A stretch of 64,000 nt of DNA. It comes from a virus. The stretch lies in the IMG/VR virus record IMGVR_UViG_3300020167_000001, positions 21,021 through 85,020 of that record; one strand, 5' to 3'. Made by a program: the position numbers and the translations under genes. Under the pieces are notes generated by a model that was given only the letters and a program-made list of their open reading frames with translations, was not told where the DNA came from and ran no database searches. Of the stretch, positions 58,301-64,000 are shown one piece after another (the stretch's first letter is position 1; each line of letters starts with the position of its first letter).

Positions 58301-61300
58301 CAAGTGCTTTTGCTGATAAAATCAGAAAAGAAGCTGATGATGATACTGTAGAAAAATTAGGAGACAAATCAGGTAATGAGACCGACTCTTTAGAATTGGC
58401 TGCACCAGATGCTGTTTTCCTATTGAAGAGCTTAATCAAACAAACAGAAACTCCTAATAAGGAAATAGTAGATAAAGCAAACAGTTTAGGTTTCCCTGAG
58501 CTAATTGACTACAGTTCTTTCTTTAGAGTATTGATTGATAAAGCCGGTGGAGAGAAGCGTGTTGATGAGCTTTACAATAAGCTTGTAGAATTAAAAAATG
58601 TATCTCCTTTATTTAACCAGCTATTGGTAAAATTAGGAGATCCTTCTAAAGTGATACCTGCATCAAAATATGCTGGTCAAATGTGGTTAGGTATAACTCG
58701 TACCTTAAACTTAGAAAAAGAAAATTTAGTTTCTGCCCAATACATTATTGAGGAAGATGCTGCTAAAAAATCTGACTTTAAAGTATTAGTAGGTAAAGTG
58801 AGTGGAGACAATTACTTGATTAAAAATAAAAAATGGCCAGCAAAATTTGCTACTGAAGTAAGTCCTTTTGTTGAACAGAATTCTGATAATCAAACTACAT
58901 TAAAGTTAGAAACTATTGCTGGTAAATTCTTAAAGCAAGAAGTTGATAGTGAAAATGTAATCCGTTATATGGTTCCAGCTGTACAACAAATAGCTTTCTT
59001 GAATGCAATAGGAATGTTTGTTGAAGACAACTCATATACTAGAAAAGCTATAGCTGAAATTTCAGATAGTGTTAATTATATTGCTGACTCTATTGGTCAG
59101 GCTAATTTTAATAAGTCATTCTTGGCTCAACGCGGTGAAGCTCCTATTACAAATATTGTTACTTTCTTAAGTAAGAAACACCCTAATATACAATTACAAA
59201 CTAAAACAGGTGTATTCAAAAAAGGTAATATTGAGTCTCAAGCTAGTTTAGTAAATAAGATAGCTCAAATTGATGCAGATTATTCTGTTGAATTTGGTAA
59301 CTCAATGATTAGCATTCCTGGTGGTGGTAAAAAATCTACCAGTTCTTTAAACAGCTCCTTAACTCAAATTGTATATGCAATGAATAAGGCGGCTGTTACA
59401 GGAGACTTTAAAGCTGATGGTAATTATTCTTATGCTCCACACTTAGCTTATGCTAACAATCCAACGGTGATGGGTTCTATATTCATGAAAAATCTATATG
59501 ATTTAAAAGGAGATAGAATTACTGATAAACATGTTGAGATTGTTGATTTAGTAGGTTCTCAAATTACAGATGCCGAAGGTATATCTGATGGTGTGGCTCA
59601 TGGTAAGATGAGCATGAATGATAAGTTCATTACAGACTTCTCTTCCTTATTGAGTGCAGGTTATATTGAAGCTGTACGACATGGTGAGAAGAGTACTTAT
59701 TCAGGTGTTCGTTTAAACAAGGTTGATACTTACAGAAACAAACTAACTCCATATTTATATATCGATACTCAAGCTTTTCTTAAAAACAAGAAAGGTGATT
59801 ATATATTAGGCTTTGATCCTTTTGATGTGCTTATTGAGAACATCATGATGCCAAAATTAGAAGGTGAACTTCGAAGAATTAAAATGATCAAGAGTAATCC
59901 TGAGCTTTACAAGAAAGTTAAAAACTTTTGGAACAGAGGTATCAAGTTAGATTTCTTTGATAAAATATTGCAAACTTCAGGAGAGAGTTTAGTTAGTGAA
60001 TATGCTGAACAATTAACTGATACTAATAATTTGAATGACTTGCTGAATACCAATCCAGGTCTTCGCGAGAAAATCAGCAATGATATCAAGAGTTATTATA
60101 CTGAGTTCAAGGAAAGAATTGAGAAAAACAACTACAATAAAACCTTTGAAAAGGATAGAGTATCTAAAGTTCCAACTTTCTTAAACAAGGTTGCCACAGA
60201 GCATTTATCTAAAGAACAAGTTGATGCTATTGCTAATGATAAAAACATTAAGGATGCTTTGTTGTATTCTTTTGTAATCAATAGTTCTATTCATGCTAAT
60301 GAGGTTATCTTGTTAGAATTAGGTGATGGGTTTCAGTTTGATCATAACAAAGATGAGAGTACAAAACGTGTACCTACATATAACTCAACAGGTATCATTT
60401 TCCCTACAGATACTTTAGCACAAATGTTTATTAACACTCATGTAGGCCGACCTTATGAGGATCAGTTAATTACTGAAGGAAAATTAGTAAGAAAGAATGC
60501 TAATCAGAAATCTAGCCGTACTTACAATGGTACCGGTATCAAAGCTATCATTAAGGAAAGTGTTGTTGATACCAACTCTACTACTTACAAGCAATATGCT
60601 GATATGTTCCGCCACTGGTTAAATCAAAGAAAATACAAAGGAGATATCAATGAAGCTTTGTTTGGTAAAGGTGGTACTTTCGAAAAACCTACAGGTGGTC
60701 TAATGAAACCTTATACAGGTATTAAAGATGGTGATGGTCAAGGTTGGGTATCATTTGATACTTACCGTCAGTTCAAAGAACTTGAGAATAACTGGTCACT
60801 AGAACAAGAAGCTGCTTACCAAAAAGAATTAAAAGGTCTTCCTATTAGTCCTGCTGAATTAGAGGAATTATTTCCCGTATATAAATTACAGTATGCAGGT
60901 CCATTAAAAACTAAAGATGGAGAGTATCCTGTGCAGTCTATTGACAAGTTCTCATTGTTTCCATTAATACCTAGTGTTATTAAAGGGATGCCCTTAGAAC
61001 AGATGCATTTAGCTATGATGGCTCAGAATGTAGATTATGCTTTATTTGATTCAGGAGCCAAAAGATCCTATATCAGAAAAGATGATTCTACAAATGGTGA
61101 TGTTATCTATGATGGAACTACCGATAAGATTAAACCTTATACTGAAATTGACTTTACACCAAATGATATTCACTTTGAATACTTAAAAAATCAAACTGAA
61201 ATTAGTAAAGTGTTCAAGGGAAAATCTACTTTATCAACCCAGCTCCGTAAAGTATTTAACATTAGTCTTTTTGATGAAGGTACTCCTATTGACTACACTG

Positions 61301-63999
61301 GCTCTAAAGAATGGTCTTCATTATCAAATGCTGATAAAATTAAAGCCAGCCCTATCTATAAAAACACTGAGGTAGTATATGATCAGATTTCTCGATTAAC
61401 TTCCTTCATGAAAGACCAATTGATTAAAGACTTAGGTTGGGAATTGGTAAACGGTAAGCCTCAAGGTGACATGCTTAACATGATCAATTTTGTTAAAAAA
61501 GAATTGGTTAAGCAAGATTATAGCCAGCATGAGATTGACTTCATTGAATATGAAGCTAATTCTGATATAGATTTAAGTTTAAGTCCTGAAGCTGCCCGTT
61601 TGGAAAAGTTATTAATGGCTGTTGTTAACAACCGATTAGTAAGACTTAAGATTAAGGGTGAAGCTTTGGTACAATTCTCTGCAGCATTTGCTAGTCCGAC
61701 ACCGGCTGACATTGCTAAATATGATGACTTTGGAACTAATGGTTTAAGACCATATGTAGTAGATTCAAAAGGTAAAGAGAATACTAAAGGAGTACGTGTT
61801 AAGGTTGCTCTTACCGAGAACTATCAGAACTTGTTTAACACAACTTACTATGAAACAAAGGATGGTAAAACTACAGACTCGGGCAAGAACATTGCCGTGT
61901 ACATTAAAAACCCAGATACTGAATCTAAGAGAAAGTTTATATTAGATTACCAAGCAAGTTTTAACCGTCTTAATGAGATGATTAAAAATGATACCTGGTT
62001 ATCTGATGAGAACAATAGAAAAGCTTTAATGATTACAGGTGTGAGAATTCCTACACAAGGGCCTAACTCAATTGAGTTTGCCGAGATATGGGAATTTTTA
62101 CCAGCTTCTGCTGGACCTATCATTATTATCCCTGCTGAGATTGTTGCTAAATCAGGAGGTGACTTTGACGTTGATAAGCTTACAATGTACATTAAGCATA
62201 TCACTAAGACTGGTAAGACTTTAAATGATTCATACAATAAGCCAGAAGATTTAGATTCTTTAATTAAAGAAGCTGAGGAGAAATTAAAAGCATTAAAAGG
62301 AGAAAAATTAAATGTAGTTAATTACTTGAATGATTTCCGCGAAGCTTTCAATACTGAGAAAAATCATAAGAATGTTAGTAAATCTGATGAAAGAAAATAC
62401 AGTAACAAAAACAATGAGCAGTTACTTAAAATTTTAAAAGATCCTAATTCACAAGAGTTTTTAAAGAAAAATTTTAAAGCTTCTTATAAAGTTTATGAAA
62501 ACACTTTAAAGAAATTTACTACTGAAGATTTAGTTGAGTCAGAGAACATGATTGATGAACTGTTCAGTAAGAAGGGTGAGTTAAATTCTTTATTCAAAAC
62601 AGTAACTGATTTAAAAGAACAAAAGAGATATTTCACTGCAGGTATTCAGAATAAGTTAGTTGATGATATTGTTAATGTTATGCAAATGCCTGAAATGGCT
62701 TTTGCTTTAATGCAACCTAATGATACTCACTTAACTCAGCCTTTAGCTAAAGAATTAGAAGAGACTTTTAAAACTTTAAATAATATTCAAGATAAAAAAG
62801 GACCATTGGGTACAAGCCCTACCTCTTTATCAGAGTATGATTATAACTTACAGAAACAACAAGATAATATTTCTGGTAAAGAGATATTAGGTATGATTGC
62901 ATTACAAAATACATTTTCAAACTTGTTAACTGTGGCCGGAGCTACAATGAACCCAAGTTTAAAAATTAAAGTAACTGTACCAAGTCTTAATGATAAAGGT
63001 GAAGTGTATCCTGAAATTGTTGAGAAAGAAGTACCTATTCATTTGAGATTAAACTCTAATATTAAAACAGTAAAAGATGAAACATTAAAAGCTGTATCAG
63101 TAATCTCTTTATCAAATAGAACCGATGCTGAAAAAATTAATGCTATATCTGATGTATTATCTCAATTGATGAATGGTGCTGTGGATGTTGGTAAAGATGC
63201 ATGGATAGCCTATTTACAAGGTAACATGGAAGTTATCAATAAGATATTGTTCTTGTTACAAACAGGTGTTCCTATTACAGACATTGCATACTTTGTAAGT
63301 AATCCATTGACTAAAGCTTATGTGCAAGAAAAGATAAATAGAAGTTCTCCATTAGCTAAAATTAAATATGGTCCAAAGACTAACACTTCAATCACTGCTG
63401 CTAAGAAAGAAGCAAGACGTAAGTTCTTAAGTAGTATTGGTACAGACCCTGTTTTAAAATACAACAAGAATAATATCTGGGCTTTTGACCACATACTTAA
63501 TACTGAATACAAGAATGTATCTTTTAGTAAAGCTACATTAAAAGCTGTTGCTAATTCAAAGATGAATGTTACAGACTCTAATCAAATTGCAGGGTTCTTA
63601 CAATATTTATACATTGAAGATTTAATTGAAGAGTTTGATAACTTTAAAAGTTATTTAAATGTGGATACCTCTACATCTATTGATAACTATGAGGCTCAAG
63701 CTAAGTTGAATGATATTAGTAAAATTGAAAACTTCCAAACTTTAAATAAGGATATCCTTAAATGGTTTAAAGAGAAGAGTCCTATTTCTTCTTTCTTTGT
63801 ACAAGAGTTTGCTAGATCTTTATTTGGTGAGAATTTATTTAAGACTCGTGATAATAAAGTCATCAATGATTTCTTATTAAACTTAACTGATGATTTAAAA
63901 GCTATGAGTATCTTAAAAAATACTACAACAGTTAATAAAGATTCTTTGGTAAGTAAATTCAAGAATGCATTAAGCTTATACATATTCACTAACAATCTT
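55387..63999 (+). CDS. Giant virion RNA polymerase polyprotein with zincin domain, 3'-truncated
   Basis: ATG 3 nt after the upstream stop, same frame at all checked points: HESWH (57451-57465), EEFIAEEF, DGDGQGW (~60727), VRIPTQ (62041) and catalytic GGDFDVDKL (DFDVD 62161-62175). Confidence 0.9.
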   Translation, partial: MSICNLEQNLELKNALANVIYNEILDAVDAKKPYKLSDTIKELYKNNYNEFKDETKALGLVAALPSLLFQVIEAEPSLFTKLASTGFNLDETVKFKNEIESAEDPLAIVKSIVSTEQVSVKVLIDTQLNPETKTTDLQTFPEVEVIEVTGKFLKSNSYFATTGQQLDEANKLPFITKTNVNKNFYYDILKKLALKQGDALTFENVEYSGHTGFKLKALYEGNLPNAETNLYPGTKLDSKSRIAAITDNNGNFLYFNEAFEVTTEDKGKIAYFYLKNASEDSNAKLEAQLFNQLDIILKDTYNNDSIRYEIEKAKAKDYLKKQITQEHNMMMSINGKLMNGQTVMLDIINVNTGYVENTDVLYKNIKNPEQLKEAKKVLDQPLVNYALSKAEIGSITVASAQMMIKGELKNKTISAIKFEGIPEFISLKSGLLSKVEPEIYNNIIRTFTEYLKKSNGKYLNAQEIYDYAKQFVRLEKEDIGNEKTNLTVSATNNKLIVTLNGKQLNLKNQEDIEKFKDYVSKNVFFTYIKSNINNTYKSMSIVDGVVTQKDELYSDLVLKNMIPRVGFDSTTQRPLSPNGYFTFKLADEVTEVQDKAKEVVNVVKPVDLNFDLDVYERSKLLQAMGTPEQNAKAEAWLKSSALFKAKDANGKPLFNIHDLRNVVNSDAWATFKKATITLYAGSDFTTGYHESWHAFSQVYLSKADRDGLYDAVGKLPGTFKVIRKNNLGGVTNLSFETVKFSEATRKEKEEFIAEEFRTFAVNNGKFKTENAKTNIFQRIFDRIWKALQTLFKGTSTENVFSNPGSEGILSEIFNTLYTAKTEADLSGYKPDINNGEFTILNSGPVKEDGSPIFQPTELALLTRSMDGIISKLTTSLLTANVPKYNAVATLLTTNKGLTNLYGTTILTAFTNRLETLKAEYEQEQKSWDEITKTYKAGNIDLLERAIKNFGDINEILNTKLSKDNLISYHIETSAFADKIRKEADDDTVEKLGDKSGNETDSLELAAPDAVFLLKSLIKQTETPNKEIVDKANSLGFPELIDYSSFFRVLIDKAGGEKRVDELYNKLVELKNVSPLFNQLLVKLGDPSKVIPASKYAGQMWLGITRTLNLEKENLVSAQYIIEEDAAKKSDFKVLVGKVSGDNYLIKNKKWPAKFATEVSPFVEQNSDNQTTLKLETIAGKFLKQEVDSENVIRYMVPAVQQIAFLNAIGMFVEDNSYTRKAIAEISDSVNYIADSIGQANFNKSFLAQRGEAPITNIVTFLSKKHPNIQLQTKTGVFKKGNIESQASLVNKIAQIDADYSVEFGNSMISIPGGGKKSTSSLNSSLTQIVYAMNKAAVTGDFKADGNYSYAPHLAYANNPTVMGSIFMKNLYDLKGDRITDKHVEIVDLVGSQITDAEGISDGVAHGKMSMNDKFITDFSSLLSAGYIEAVRHGEKSTYSGVRLNKVDTYRNKLTPYLYIDTQAFLKNKKGDYILGFDPFDVLIENIMMPKLEGELRRIKMIKSNPELYKKVKNFWNRGIKLDFFDKILQTSGESLVSEYAEQLTDTNNLNDLLNTNPGLREKISNDIKSYYTEFKERIEKNNYNKTFEKDRVSKVPTFLNKVATEHLSKEQVDAIANDKNIKDALLYSFVINSSIHANEVILLELGDGFQFDHNKDESTKRVPTYNSTGIIFPTDTLAQMFINTHVGRPYEDQLITEGKLVRKNANQKSSRTYNGTGIKAIIKESVVDTNSTTYKQYADMFRHWLNQRKYKGDINEALFGKGGTFEKPTGGLMKPYTGIKDGDGQGWVSFDTYRQFKELENNWSLEQEAAYQKELKGLPISPAELEELFPVYKLQYAGPLKTKDGEYPVQSIDKFSLFPLIPSVIKGMPLEQMHLAMMAQNVDYALFDSGAKRSYIRKDDSTNGDVIYDGTTDKIKPYTEIDFTPNDIHFEYLKNQTEISKVFKGKSTLSTQLRKVFNISLFDEGTPIDYTGSKEWSSLSNADKIKASPIYKNTEVVYDQISRLTSFMKDQLIKDLGWELVNGKPQGDMLNMINFVKKELVKQDYSQHEIDFIEYEANSDIDLSLSPEAARLEKLLMAVVNNRLVRLKIKGEALVQFSAAFASPTPADIAKYDDFGTNGLRPYVVDSKGKENTKGVRVKVALTENYQNLFNTTYYETKDGKTTDSGKNIAVYIKNPDTESKRKFILDYQASFNRLNEMIKNDTWLSDENNRKALMITGVRIPTQGPNSIEFAEIWEFLPASAGPIIIIPAEIVAKSGGDFDVDKLTMYIKHITKTGKTLNDSYNKPEDLDSLIKEAEEKLKALKGEKLNVVNYLNDFREAFNTEKNHKNVSKSDERKYSNKNNEQLLKILKDPNSQEFLKKNFKASYKVYENTLKKFTTEDLVESENMIDELFSKKGELNSLFKTVTDLKEQKRYFTAGIQNKLVDDIVNVMQMPEMAFALMQPNDTHLTQPLAKELEETFKTLNNIQDKKGPLGTSPTSLSEYDYNLQKQQDNISGKEILGMIALQNTFSNLLTVAGATMNPSLKIKVTVPSLNDKGEVYPEIVEKEVPIHLRLNSNIKTVKDETLKAVSVISLSNRTDAEKINAISDVLSQLMNGAVDVGKDAWIAYLQGNMEVINKILFLLQTGVPITDIAYFVSNPLTKAYVQEKINRSSPLAKIKYGPKTNTSITAAKKEARRKFLSSIGTDPVLKYNKNNIWAFDHILNTEYKNVSFSKATLKAVANSKMNVTDSNQIAGFLQYLYIEDLIEEFDNFKSYLNVDTSTSIDNYEAQAKLNDISKIENFQTLNKDILKWFKEKSPISSFFVQEFARSLFGENLFKTRDNKVINDFLLNLTDDLKAMSILKNTTTVNKDSLVSKFKNALSLYIFTNNL

Positions 64000-64000
64000 A

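Noticed and set aside
4748-63995. Numerous minus-strand and alternate-frame ORFs in the ORF track (e.g. 15442-15972, 50274-50654, 57474-57830)
   Set aside because: They are shadows of long, motif-bearing + strand genes, with no independent motifs or initiation signals.
1-64000. Stop-codon reassignment (TAG/TGA recoding seen in some crAss-like phages)
   Set aside because: Giant ORFs are intact in the standard code, and TAG (4336, 20683, 20835) and TGA (7817, 9492) act as real stops followed by new starts.

Overview
This AT-rich 64-kb window is the late/virion region of a large crAss-like (Crassvirales-related, Bacteroidota-infecting) dsDNA phage. All credible genes are on the + strand in the standard code. 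Gene order: tail fibre (5'-truncated); lysis cassette (holin, amidase endolysin, u-spanin-like lipoprotein); HU/IHF, Zn-finger and PD-(D/E)xK genes; terminase; portal; scaffold-like protein; major capsid protein (MCP); small basic proteins; ring and auxiliary capsid proteins; very Cys-rich structural proteins; ring and muzzle genes; ejected cargo proteins; and a giant virion RNA polymerase with a zincin domain that runs off the 3' end and is absent from the ORF track. Main finding: four small genes upstream of the terminase (7814-9689) each carry a different diverged peptide of the phage's own MCP, three of them on a shared C-terminal helical scaffold, a possible capsid-mimic/decoy system. Other findings: two homing endonucleases that duplicate and synonymously recode the termini of their host genes; an AAACCAAC start-proximal motif with a complementary hairpin-loop element; and an L,D-transpeptidase domain between GGWLD repeats. 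All alignments and counts were done by eye, and family assignments rest on motif recognition and synteny, not database searches.
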